Assembly (NCBI GenBank): GCA_017513095.1
Contig: JAFWDJ010000011.1
Span: 731 to 64,730, forward strand
Origin: Clostridia bacterium
GTDB taxonomy: Bacteria; Bacillota; Clostridia; Oscillospirales; RGIG577
DNA length: 64,000 nt
Direction of reading: 5' to 3'
The notes below the pieces were generated by a model. The model saw only the letters and a list, made by a program, of their open reading frames with translations. It had not been told where the DNA came from and did no database searches. Positions 47,452 through 55,457 of this stretch are shown here, piece by piece. The position numbers were made by a program, and so were the translations under genes. Positions within the stretch are counted from its first letter, which is position 1, and each line of letters begins with the position of its first letter.

Positions 47452-48648
47452 TTAAAGCCCCATTTTTTCGGCGATCATTGAAAGCAGCGCGTCCGCCGCC
47501 TCCTCCTTCGAAAGAAGCGGAAGCTCTCGTATGCTGTCGGCCGTTATCACGGTGAGAATATTCGTGTCGCCCGCAAAGCCCGCGCCCTTTACCTTTACGT
47601 TGTTCGCGGCTATCATGTCAAGGTTCTTCTTCTGCAGCTTCTTCTTCGAGTTCTCGACCATGTCGCGCGTCTCCATCGAAAAGCCGCACAAAAACTGCCC
47701 CTCGCGCTTCATGCTGCCGAGCGCCGCTATAATATCCTTCGTGCGCTCAAGCTCTATCTTCATGTCGCCGTCGCTCTTTTTTATCTTGTCCTCTGCCGTC
47801 ACCGCCGGCCTGTAATCGGCCACGGCCGCCGCCTTTATAACGATGTCGGCCCCCTCGAAGCGGCTCACGACGGCGTTATACATATCCTCTGCGGAAACGA
47901 TGTTTACGACCTCGACGCCGAGCGGCGGCTCAATGGATACGGGGCCGCTTACGAGCGTTACGTCGGCGCCTCTCAGCGCGGCGCGCTTCGCGATTGCGTA
48001 GCCCATCTTGCCGCTCGAATGATTGGTGATGTATCTTACGGGGTCTATGGCCTCGCGCGTGGGGCCGGCGGTCACAATAATCCTTTTTCCCGAAAAGTCG
48101 CGCTTTACCGAAAGCGCGCGTTCGATATAGTCAAAAAGCACGGACGGCTCGACCATTTTGCCGAGTCCCACGGCTCCGCAGGCAAGCCTTCCGCCCACGG
48201 GATCTATTACCTCCCAGCCGTATTTTTTAAGCGTCTCTATGTTGTCCCGGGTCACGGGGTTTTCGTACATCGCGGTATTCATCGCGGGCGCGATGAGCTT
48301 TTTGCATCTGCACGCGAGCGCGACTGTCGTAAGCATATTGTCGGCTATGCCGTGCGCAAGCTTCGCTATTGTGTTCGCGGTCGCGGGCGCGACTATGAAC
48401 ACGTCGGCCGCGTCGGCCACGGCGATATGCTCCGTCTCCATGGTGAAGCTTCTGTCGAACGTGTCGGTGAGGCACTTGTTCTTCGACAGGCTCTCCATCG
48501 GTATGGGCGACACGATCTTTTCGGCCGCGTCGGTGAGTATCACGCGCACATTTGCATTCTGCTTTACGAGCATACTCACAAGGTTCGGTATCTTATACGC
48601 GGCAATGCCGCCGGTTATCCCTATTACAACGTTTTTTCCGGAAAACAT
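47452..48648 (-). CDS. coaBC: Bifunctional phosphopantothenoylcysteine decarboxylase/phosphopantothenate-cysteine ligase
   Basis: 398 aa. The flavoprotein N-terminus is GKNVVIGITGGIAAYK, and the DFP ligase domain has ITNHSSGKMG. Confidence 0.93.
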   Translation of the reverse strand: MFSGKNVVIGITGGIAAYKIPNLVSMLVKQNANVRVILTDAAEKIVSPIPMESLSKNKCLTDTFDRSFTMETEHIAVADAADVFIVAPATANTIAKLAHGIADNMLTTVALACRCKKLIAPAMNTAMYENPVTRDNIETLKKYGWEVIDPVGGRLACGAVGLGKMVEPSVLFDYIERALSVKRDFSGKRIIVTAGPTREAIDPVRYITNHSSGKMGYAIAKRAALRGADVTLVSGPVSIEPPLGVEVVNIVSAEDMYNAVVSRFEGADIVIKAAAVADYRPAVTAEDKIKKSDGDMKIELERTKDIIAALGSMKREGQFLCGFSMETRDMVENSKKKLQKKNLDMIAANNVKVKGAGFAGDTNILTVITADSIRELPLLSKEEAADALLSMIAEKMGL

Positions 48649-48772
48649 AACTATCCTCCCAAAAATCAGACGTATTATAAATGTTATTTTATCACAAAAC
48701 GGTCGATTCGTATATACTTTTTATCATTATCGCCGCGTTTTGGCCGTTTTTTTCATCTTTGCGCCTTTTCGG

Positions 48773-48802
48773 TTGACTTTTATGTGCCCAAGACTTTATA
48801 AT
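48773..48802 (+). promoter_or_regulatory. Promoter of the MoxR-VWA pair
   Basis: TTGACT-18 nt-TATAAT. Confidence 0.5.
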
Positions 48803-48832
48803 TAAATAAAAATGTATAAAGGTGGTAAGCAA

Positions 48833-49651
48833 ATGGAATTTACGCAGTTTAAGGGCAGTGAAGATTACGTAGTGTCCAAGGAACTTACGGACGCTGTCAA
48901 CATAGCCATGGCTTTAGAAAAGCCGCTTCTTATAAAGGGCGAGCCCGGCACCGGCAAAACGATGCTCGCGCAGGCCATATCGAACGCACTCGGAATGGAC
49001 CTTATAATCTGGAACATAAAGTCGACGACGAAGGCGCAGGACGGCCTTTACGTTTACGACGTCGTACAGCGTCTCTACGACAGCCAGTTCGGCGGCAACA
49101 CCGTAGACGACATAGAAAAGTATATCTCTTTAGGCAAGCTCGGCGAAGCATTTGCCTCGGAGGATCAGAAGGTGCTTCTTATCGACGAGATAGACAAGGC
49201 CGACCTTGAATTCCCGAACGACCTTCTCTGGGAGCTTGACAAGATGGAGTTCTATATCCCCGAAACGGGCAAAACGATAAAGGCGAAGCACCGCCCCGTC
49301 GTTATAATTACCTCCAACGCGGAAAAGGAGCTGCCCGGTGCGTTCTTACGCCGCTGCATCTTCCATTACATCGAATTTCCGAACGAGGAGCTCATGCGCG
49401 AGATAGTACACGTTCACTATCCCGACATCGAGGAGAACGTACTTGCCCATGTGCTTGAGGCGTTCTATTGGATACGCTCTCTTCCCGATATACAGAAGAA
49501 GCCCAGCACCTCCGAGGTCATAGACTGGATAGCCGCGATCCGCGCGGCGGGCATATCCGACGACAAGATTCGCGAAACGATACCGTTCGCGGGCGTTCTG
49601 TTAAAGAAGAACGAGGACATCGATCTTATGCGTTCGAAGCTCGCAAAATAA
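48833..49651 (+). CDS. MoxR/AAA_5-family AAA+ ATPase (CoxD/NorQ/GvpN-like)
   Basis: The start was moved to the ATG at 48833 (MEFTQFKGS), after a GGTGG RBS. Walker A is GEPGTGKTMLAQ and Walker B is LLIDEIDKAD. Confidence 0.8.
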   Translation: MEFTQFKGSEDYVVSKELTDAVNIAMALEKPLLIKGEPGTGKTMLAQAISNALGMDLIIWNIKSTTKAQDGLYVYDVVQRLYDSQFGGNTVDDIEKYISLGKLGEAFASEDQKVLLIDEIDKADLEFPNDLLWELDKMEFYIPETGKTIKAKHRPVVIITSNAEKELPGAFLRRCIFHYIEFPNEELMREIVHVHYPDIEENVLAHVLEAFYWIRSLPDIQKKPSTSEVIDWIAAIRAAGISDDKIRETIPFAGVLLKKNEDIDLMRSKLAK

Positions 49652-49681
49652 CTAATTTGCGCTTGTATTGGAGGTTTTTTT

Positions 49682-50869
49682 GTGTTTGAACCTTTCTTTT
49701 ATATGCTCAAAGCGCGCGGTCTCCCCGTTTCACTTAACGAATGGATGACCTTAAACGAGGCGCTTGACCGCGGACTCGGCGGCTCGAGCTTTACGGGGTT
49801 TTATTACCTCTGCCGCTCGATTCTCGTTAAGACCGAATCGAATTTCGACAAGTTCGACGCGGCGTTCGTTGACTACTTCAAGGACGTGCCGTTCCCCGGC
49901 GAGATACCGCCCGAGTTCTTAAAGTGGCTCAGCCGCCCGCAGGTCAATACGAAGGAAATAGACAAAAAGCGTTCCGCGTGGCTTAACGACTTAAACCTCG
50001 AACAAATGGAGAAGATGCTCGAGGAGCGCCTAAGGGAGCAGAAGCGCGAGCACAACAAGGGCAAGGTCTGGGTCGGCACGCGCGGCGTAAGCCCGTTCGG
50101 CCACAACGGAGCCGCGCCCGTGGGCATCCGCGTAAGCGGAGAGGCGCGTCACGGCGGCGCGCTCGCCGTAGCCGGAGAACGCCGCTTCCGCGACTGGAGC
50201 AACGACAACACGCTCGACACGCGCCAGTTCGTTATGGCATTCAGGCTTTTACGTCAGTATTCGTCGCGCATAGACGCGCCCAAGACGGAGCTTGATATAG
50301 ACCAGACAGTCCGCGAGACGTCCGACAACGCCGGCAATTTAAAGATAGTATACGGCAGGCCGCGAAAGAATACGATAAAGCTTCTTCTGCTTATCGACTC
50401 GGGCGGCTCGATGGAATATTACAGCCGTCTTTGCAGTATGCTCTTCCAGGCTGCAACGAAAAGCAACCACTTCAAGGATTTGAAGGTTTACTATTTCCAC
50501 AACTGCGTATACTCGAAGCTTTACACCGACCCGACGCTCGACCCGAAGAAGTTCATAAAGACCGAGCGCGTGTTAAAGAACATTTCGCCCGAATATAAGG
50601 TAATACTTGTCGGCGACGCGTTCATGGCGCTCGACGAGCTCGATTTTCGAAGCTATTACAGCTATCAGTCCGCCGATCCCACGCCCGGCATCGAGTGGAT
50701 ACGCCGCATAAAGCGAAGATACCCGCATACGGTATGGCTCAATCCGTCGTTCCACAGCCTTATAAATCGAAAGAGCGAATCACGCCGCGTTATAGAAAGC
50801 GAGATTACGATGTTCCCCTTAACGCAGCAGGGGCTCATCGCCGGACTTAAAAAGCTTTTAAGAGATTAG
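49682..50869 (+). CDS. VWA domain protein, CoxE-like
   Basis: GTG start after GGAGG; 395 aa. The N-terminus (FFYMLKARGLPVSLNEWMTL) and the MIDAS-like LLLLIDSGGSM are typical of CoxE-type partners of MoxR ATPases. Confidence 0.7.
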   Translation: MFEPFFYMLKARGLPVSLNEWMTLNEALDRGLGGSSFTGFYYLCRSILVKTESNFDKFDAAFVDYFKDVPFPGEIPPEFLKWLSRPQVNTKEIDKKRSAWLNDLNLEQMEKMLEERLREQKREHNKGKVWVGTRGVSPFGHNGAAPVGIRVSGEARHGGALAVAGERRFRDWSNDNTLDTRQFVMAFRLLRQYSSRIDAPKTELDIDQTVRETSDNAGNLKIVYGRPRKNTIKLLLLIDSGGSMEYYSRLCSMLFQAATKSNHFKDLKVYYFHNCVYSKLYTDPTLDPKKFIKTERVLKNISPEYKVILVGDAFMALDELDFRSYYSYQSADPTPGIEWIRRIKRRYPHTVWLNPSFHSLINRKSESRRVIESEITMFPLTQQGLIAGLKKLLRD

Positions 50870-50872
50870 CAT

Positions 50873-50910
50873 ATATCGGCAAAGCGAAAACGCTTTGCCG
50901 ATATTTTTTT
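50873..50910. terminator. Bidirectional terminator between the VWA gene and the recombinase gene
   Basis: ATATCGGCAAAGCG-AAAA-CGCTTTGCCGATAT followed by a T-run. Confidence 0.8.
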
Positions 50911-51514
50911 ATATTGCGTCGTCTCTTGTCCATTTAAGGAACGTCTTATGCGACACGCCGAGCTTGACAGCCGCCTTTCTTGCCGACATTTTCCCGTTCT
51001 GCCACAGTATGAGCATATCGTCGTAGCGCGCCGGACGCCTTTTCGGCCTTCTGCCGAACTTTACGCCGTTCGCATGGGCCGCCGCAATCCCCTCCCTCTG
51101 CCGCTTACGAATAAATTCGCGCTCCGTCTGCGCAACATAGCTTAGAAGCTCCAACACGATGTCCGCGATGAGCGTGCCCGTAAGGTCGCGGTCCTTGTGC
51201 GTGTCTAAAAGCGGCATATCGAGCACGACTATCGCCGCGCTTTTTTCCTTCGTGATAATGCGCCATTGTTCGAGTATTTCAAGGTAGTTTCTCCCCAGAC
51301 GGTCAATGCTTTTTATCACAAGCGTATCGTTCGGGCGAAGCTTGTTTATAACGCGCTTATAGCCCTTTCTGTCAAAATCCTTCCCCGACTGCCTGTCCGA
51401 AAAAATATTCCCCTCCTCTACGCCGTATTCGCGCAGCGCGGCAAGCTGCCTGTCCTCGTTCTGATCGCGCGACGATACGCGCATATAGCCGTAAATGCAG
51501 GTCTTCCTTTTCAT
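50909..51514 (-). CDS. Small serine recombinase (resolvase/invertase family)
   Basis: The start was moved to the ATG at 51514 (MKRKTCIYGYMRVSSRDQNEDRQ), with an AGGAGG RBS. The catalytic Ser motif is YxRVSS. The C-terminal HTH is MSARKAAVKLGVSHKTFLKW. Length is 201 aa. Confidence 0.85.
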   Translation of the reverse strand: MKRKTCIYGYMRVSSRDQNEDRQLAALREYGVEEGNIFSDRQSGKDFDRKGYKRVINKLRPNDTLVIKSIDRLGRNYLEILEQWRIITKEKSAAIVVLDMPLLDTHKDRDLTGTLIADIVLELLSYVAQTEREFIRKRQREGIAAAHANGVKFGRRPKRRPARYDDMLILWQNGKMSARKAAVKLGVSHKTFLKWTRDDAI

Positions 51515-51674
51515 AATAAATCCTCCTTTGATAAAGCAGTATTTAGAGACCATTTTATACCGCAAGGCCGACAAATTTCCGCGCCGAACTTCTTGCATTA
51601 TTCACATATTTTTACTTTAAAACGGCGCGTTTTGTGCGGTTTTCACCGAAAAGAAAAAATCGGCGCAAAATGTA

Positions 51675-51703
51675 TTGACATTGATATTTGCGGCCGCTAT
51701 AAT
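51675..51703 (+). promoter_or_regulatory. Perfect consensus sigma-A promoter
   Basis: TTGACA-17 nt-TATAAT. Confidence 0.7.
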
Positions 51704-51721
51704 GCGAATTGTAAGACAAAG

Positions 51722-51756
51722 GCGTTTTTAAGCAATCTGCTTGAAAACGCTTTTTT
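51722..51756 (+). terminator. Leader terminator 1
   Basis: GCGTTTTTAAGCA-ATC-TGCTTGAAAACGC (13 bp, 1 mismatch) followed by TTTTTT, about 12 nt after the predicted start site. Confidence 0.65.
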
Positions 51757-51793
51757 GCTTTAAACTCATATTAGCTGCGCGCGGCAAGACAAT

Positions 51794-51834
51794 GGCGTCT
51801 TTGGGATATTCCACCCCCCAAAGACGCCGTTTTT
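51794..51834 (+). terminator. Leader terminator 2
   Basis: GGCGTCTTTGGG-11 nt loop-CCCAAAGACGCC followed by GTTTTT. Confidence 0.65.
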
Positions 51835-51858
51835 GAGTTTAAAGGGCTTACGTTAAAA

Positions 51859-51915
51859 AGGCAAAGGCGCCGTGATACCGTTTTTTCGTATCAGGCGCCT
51901 TTGCCTATATTTTTT
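51859..51915 (+). terminator. Leader terminator 3
   Basis: AGGCAAAGGCGCC...GGCGCCTTTGCCT with an inner TGATAC/GTATCA hairpin, followed by ATATTTTTT. Confidence 0.6.
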
Positions 51916-51961
51916 GAAAACGCCGTACTTTTACGGCAGAGAATCTGAGGAGATGATAAAA

Positions 51962-53722
51962 ATGGATGAAGTAATGAGAGAATTGATTTCGGCGACCGCG
52001 TCCGAACAGCTTTTCGGCGTGTGGTTCCTCATCGGAGCCGCGCTCGTATTCTGGATGCAGGCCGGATTCGCAATGGTAGAGGCCGGATTTACGCGGGCGA
52101 AGAACACGGGCAACATCATAATGAAGAACCTTATGGACTTCTGTATCGGCACCGTGGTATTTATACTTATAGGCTTCGGCCTTCTCATGGGCGAGGACGC
52201 CATGGGCTTTATCGGAAAGCCGGGCTTCGATCTGTTCACGTCGTACGCGGACTTTGATTTTTCAAGCTTCGTATTCAACCTCGTATTCTGCGCAACGACC
52301 GCAACGATAGTTTCCGGCGCAATGGCCGAACGCACGAAGTTCTTATCCTACTGCATCTATTCGGCCGTGCTCTCGGCGCTCATATACCCCATCGAGGCGC
52401 ACTGGATATGGGGCGGCGGCTGGCTTATGCAGGCGGGCTTTCACGATTTCGCGGGCTCCTGCGCAATACATATGGTCGGCGGCATTTCGGCGCTCATCGG
52501 CGCGAAGATTTTAGGCCCGCGCATAGGAAAGTTCACGCGTGACAAAAAAGGCCGCGTCACTAAGGTAAACGCCTTCCCCGGCCACAACATCGCGCTTGGC
52601 GCGCTCGGCGTTTTCATACTCTGGCTCGGCTGGTACGGCTTCAACGGCGCCGCTGCGACGACCGTGGAGCAACTCGGCTCGATATTCTTAACAACGACGG
52701 TCGCACCCGCCGTCGCAACCGTTGTATGCATGATATTTACATGGATAAAGTACGGCAAGGTCGACGTTTCGATGTGCCTTAACGCCTCGCTTGCGGGACT
52801 CGTTGCGATAACCGCGGGATGCGACGCCGTATCCGCGCTCGGCGCGGCCGTTATAGGCGGTATCGCGGGCCTTCTCGTCGTGTTCGGCGTATGGCTTCTT
52901 GACCATAAGCTGCGCATAGACGACCCCGTCGGAGCCGTGGCCGTCCACGGTTTAAACGGTATTTGGGGCACTCTCGCCGTGGGACTCTTCGCAACGAGCG
53001 ACGCGCCCGGATACTCGATCGCGAACGCGTCGGGCGAAACGCTCACAGGCCTCTTCTACGGCGGCGGCTTTGAGCTTTTAGGGCTTCAGGCTTTGGGCTT
53101 TTTGGCCGTGGCTGCATGGACCGCCGTCACGATAACCGTGATTTTCCTCGTTATAAAGAGCGTGCTCGGCCTTCGCGCATCGAAGGAAGAGGAGCTTTCG
53201 GGACTTGACGCGGCGGAGCACGGCCTTCCCTCGGCTTACGCGGGCTTCGCGATGCTTCCCGACTACGTTGACGAAGGCGCGCCCGCTCCCGTTATCGTTT
53301 CGGGCGACGTTCCCGTTGCCGAGGCCGTTACGGTAAGAAAGATGCCCGTATTCGACGACGGCTCGCCAAAGTTCACGAAGGTCGAGATAATCTGCAAGGA
53401 GTCGCGCTTCGAGACTTTAAAGAACGCGCTCATGGACATAGGCATAACGGGCATGACCGTGTCGCACGTTTTGGGCTGCGGACTTCAGAAGGGCAAGCCC
53501 GAGTTCTACCGCGGCGTACAGTTAGAAGCGACGCTGCTGCCTAAAATTCAGATAGACATCGTTGTAAGCCGCGTACCTGTAAGAAGCGTCATCGAAACTG
53601 CGAAGAAGGTGCTTTACACGGGCCACATCGGCGACGGAAAGATATTCGTCTACGACGTTGAGAACGTCGTAAAGGTGCGCACGGGCGAAGAAGGCTACGA
53701 CGCGCTTCAGGACGTGGAGTAA
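51962..53722 (+). CDS. amt: Ammonium transporter fused to a C-terminal P-II (GlnB/GlnK) domain
   Basis: The start was moved to the ATG at 51962 (MDEVMREL), 9 nt after GAGGAG. The upstream part of the track ORF overlaps leader terminator 3. The Amt signature is FWMQAGFAMVEAGF. The last ~110 aa form a P-II fold (TKVEIICKESRFETLKNALMDIGITGMTVSHVLGCG...). Confidence 0.88.
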   Translation: MDEVMRELISATASEQLFGVWFLIGAALVFWMQAGFAMVEAGFTRAKNTGNIIMKNLMDFCIGTVVFILIGFGLLMGEDAMGFIGKPGFDLFTSYADFDFSSFVFNLVFCATTATIVSGAMAERTKFLSYCIYSAVLSALIYPIEAHWIWGGGWLMQAGFHDFAGSCAIHMVGGISALIGAKILGPRIGKFTRDKKGRVTKVNAFPGHNIALGALGVFILWLGWYGFNGAAATTVEQLGSIFLTTTVAPAVATVVCMIFTWIKYGKVDVSMCLNASLAGLVAITAGCDAVSALGAAVIGGIAGLLVVFGVWLLDHKLRIDDPVGAVAVHGLNGIWGTLAVGLFATSDAPGYSIANASGETLTGLFYGGGFELLGLQALGFLAVAAWTAVTITVIFLVIKSVLGLRASKEEELSGLDAAEHGLPSAYAGFAMLPDYVDEGAPAPVIVSGDVPVAEAVTVRKMPVFDDGSPKFTKVEIICKESRFETLKNALMDIGITGMTVSHVLGCGLQKGKPEFYRGVQLEATLLPKIQIDIVVSRVPVRSVIETAKKVLYTGHIGDGKIFVYDVENVVKVRTGEEGYDALQDVE

Positions 53723-53730
53723 AATATGAA

Positions 53731-53773
53731 AAAAAGAGGCGGCGTCCGGGGAAATCCCGGCGCCGCCTTTTTT
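53731..53773. terminator. Bidirectional terminator after amt
   Basis: The stem is GAGGCGGCG(T)CCGGG-GAAAT-CCCGGCGCCGCCT, with an A-run on the left and a T-run on the right. Confidence 0.8.
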
Positions 53774-53819
53774 GAGCCGTGCCTTTATCCTTGCGGGGGC
53801 GGATTATACTTTAAGCCGC

Positions 53820-53966
53820 TTACGCCCGCGAAGCCGTAATAATCATTATCTGCGAATGCGGGTATTGCGCTTTAAGTATCTTTTCCGCGTCGTACTGCGA
53901 ATTCGCGCTCACGATCTGCTCCGTAACGCGGCCGTTGACCGTGAATTTTATTCTGAAGCTCTGCAC
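53820..53966 (-). CDS. 48-aa conserved small protein, paralogue 1 (not in ORF track; GTG start)
   Basis: GGAGGTGAAAAC precedes the GTG start. The translation is (M)QSFRIKFTVNGRVTEQIVSANSQYDAEKILKAQYPHSQIMIITASRA. It is the same length as the ORF at 55253-55399 and 26/48 residues are identical. 15 of the identical residues use different synonymous codons. Confidence 0.7.
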   Translation of the reverse strand: MQSFRIKFTVNGRVTEQIVSANSQYDAEKILKAQYPHSQIMIITASRA

Positions 53967-54114
53967 GTTTTCACCTCCCCGCGGCTTTATACACCGTCCG
54001 AACGGCCCGCCGTACTCCCCGGACCGTTCGCGCCGAAATCTGCGTGTAGTGTCTTACGCTTATATTATATCACGTTTTAAGCAAAATTGCCGTATATGTT
54101 AAAATTTTTTTAGA

Positions 54115-55155
54115 CTATATCTCGTCAGCGAAGCCGAAATAATCAGCAAGCGCGATAATCTCGTCCGTCCTGCCGAATTTCTTTGCGGCGTACTTATAAT
54201 ACTTCATATCATACGGATTGAGCCTTATGACGTTTACGAAAGCGCTTTTTATCTTATCCTCGGGGAATCCCGCCGAGGTGAGATTTTTAAATACGTTTTC
54301 GGCGCTTTTTATCTCCGCCTCCCCGGGCAGAACGATATCGACGCCGTTTTCTATAAGCAGCTCGACAAGCGTACCGTGAACGAAAAAGTAATCCGAAAAT
54401 ACGTGAAGCATAAGCTCGGCGGCGTCGACAGCTGCGAACATCGCCTCTTTCTGTTCCTTCGAGACGCCTATCCTCTCCTTATGACCGCTCACCATGCCGT
54501 CGGCTATCTGCCCGTAGAGATTTCCGAAGGCGCCGCCTGCATTCCTCGTTTTATATCGGTCTGCGGCCATCGTGAGAATTGCCGTGGACAAATTGTTTTT
54601 GTTGCCTTCCGCGGCTTTGTTTCCCGCTGAAACAACCGTCTCGTAGTCGGATATCGCGCTGCGGAAGCGCGCCTTATGCTTGGCAGTTAAGGTCTCCGCG
54701 GAAACAGAAAACACGTTTTCCGAAAACAGCGTATCCATCGCGTATTTTATGAGCGGATACAGGTATTCGTCGTAAATACCCGGGAAACCTTCGATAAAGC
54801 TTACGTAGTCGCGCACCGTCGCGCCGTATTTTTCCGCCGCTTTTTGGGTGCACTCGCGGGCGAGCAGATAAAACTGCTTTCGATAGGCGTTAAAGACGTC
54901 CATTTCGGCGGGCACCTCGATATTTTCTCCGAACAGCTCGAGCGTCACCGCTTTTCCCGTCGGTCTTTCGGGCTTTTTTATAAGCGCGGCGTTATCCTTC
55001 GTTTCTTTCGGTATGCTTGTCCCAAGGTCAAATTCCTGCTTTAAAACGTATCCGTTTGCGTCGGATGCGTCCTGACGTGACGCCTTTCCCGCTTTATTTA
55101 CGTATTCGCTTCCGGCCTTCTTCGCGCCGTCAATATATTTTCCAAACAATCCCAT
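54115..55155 (-). CDS. 346-aa hypothetical protein (no recognisable family)
   Basis: GGAGGTG RBS. The N-terminus is Lys/Ala/Gly-rich, and the remainder looks helical. Confidence 0.7.
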   Translation of the reverse strand: MGLFGKYIDGAKKAGSEYVNKAGKASRQDASDANGYVLKQEFDLGTSIPKETKDNAALIKKPERPTGKAVTLELFGENIEVPAEMDVFNAYRKQFYLLARECTQKAAEKYGATVRDYVSFIEGFPGIYDEYLYPLIKYAMDTLFSENVFSVSAETLTAKHKARFRSAISDYETVVSAGNKAAEGNKNNLSTAILTMAADRYKTRNAGGAFGNLYGQIADGMVSGHKERIGVSKEQKEAMFAAVDAAELMLHVFSDYFFVHGTLVELLIENGVDIVLPGEAEIKSAENVFKNLTSAGFPEDKIKSAFVNVIRLNPYDMKYYKYAAKKFGRTDEIIALADYFGFADEI

Positions 55156-55252
55156 ACTTTATCACCTCCGTGAAAATGAGGCCCCCGATTTATAAAAGAA
55201 CAATTATAAACCGGAGGTGATTCTTTGTTTCGTGCCGCTTGCGTGAAAGTTT

Positions 55253-55399
55253 TTAAATCTTCACAGTTGCTATAAAAGAGATTTTCGAATTCGGATACTG
55301 CGCCTTAATCAGCTTCTCGGCGTCAAACTTTGACTGAGCTCTCACTATCTGCTCCGTTTGTCGTCCGTCCACTCTGAACTTAATCTTAAATGTATACAT
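55253..55399 (-). CDS. 48-aa conserved small protein, paralogue 2
   Basis: This is the internal ATG of the track ORF 55253..55531, preceded by GGAGGTGAAAGA. The translation is MYTFKIKFRVDGRQTEQIVRAQSKFDAEKLIKAQYPNSKISFIATVKI. Confidence 0.7.
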   Translation of the reverse strand: MYTFKIKFRVDGRQTEQIVRAQSKFDAEKLIKAQYPNSKISFIATVKI

Positions 55400-55457
55400 T
55401 CTTTCACCTCCTTTGGCGAAGCGGCCCCTTGCCGTATGCCGCCTCTTTTTTCTTGTT

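Noticed and set aside
48019-48805. Plus-strand ORFs of 260 and 215 aa antisense to coaBC, and similar antisense ORFs in rpoB (36791-37471), rpoC, rarA (42234-42689), cobT and cbiB
   Set aside because: These are shadow frames opposite well-supported conserved genes. They have no start context or recognisable motifs.
51515-51870. Invertible promoter controlled by the adjacent serine recombinase
   Set aside because: I looked for inverted repeats flanking the consensus promoter. I found only weak A/T-rich matches (TTTAAA...GCGTTTT on both sides) that belong to terminator hairpins. This is not convincing without read-orientation evidence.
53772-54080. 102-aa plus-strand ORF in the amt-cassette spacer, and the 94-aa minus-strand ORF 55986-56270
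   Set aside because: The first is antisense to the well-supported 48-aa paralogue (RBS, conserved twin) and has no RBS of its own. The second is antisense to the XRE gene and spans the promoter region.
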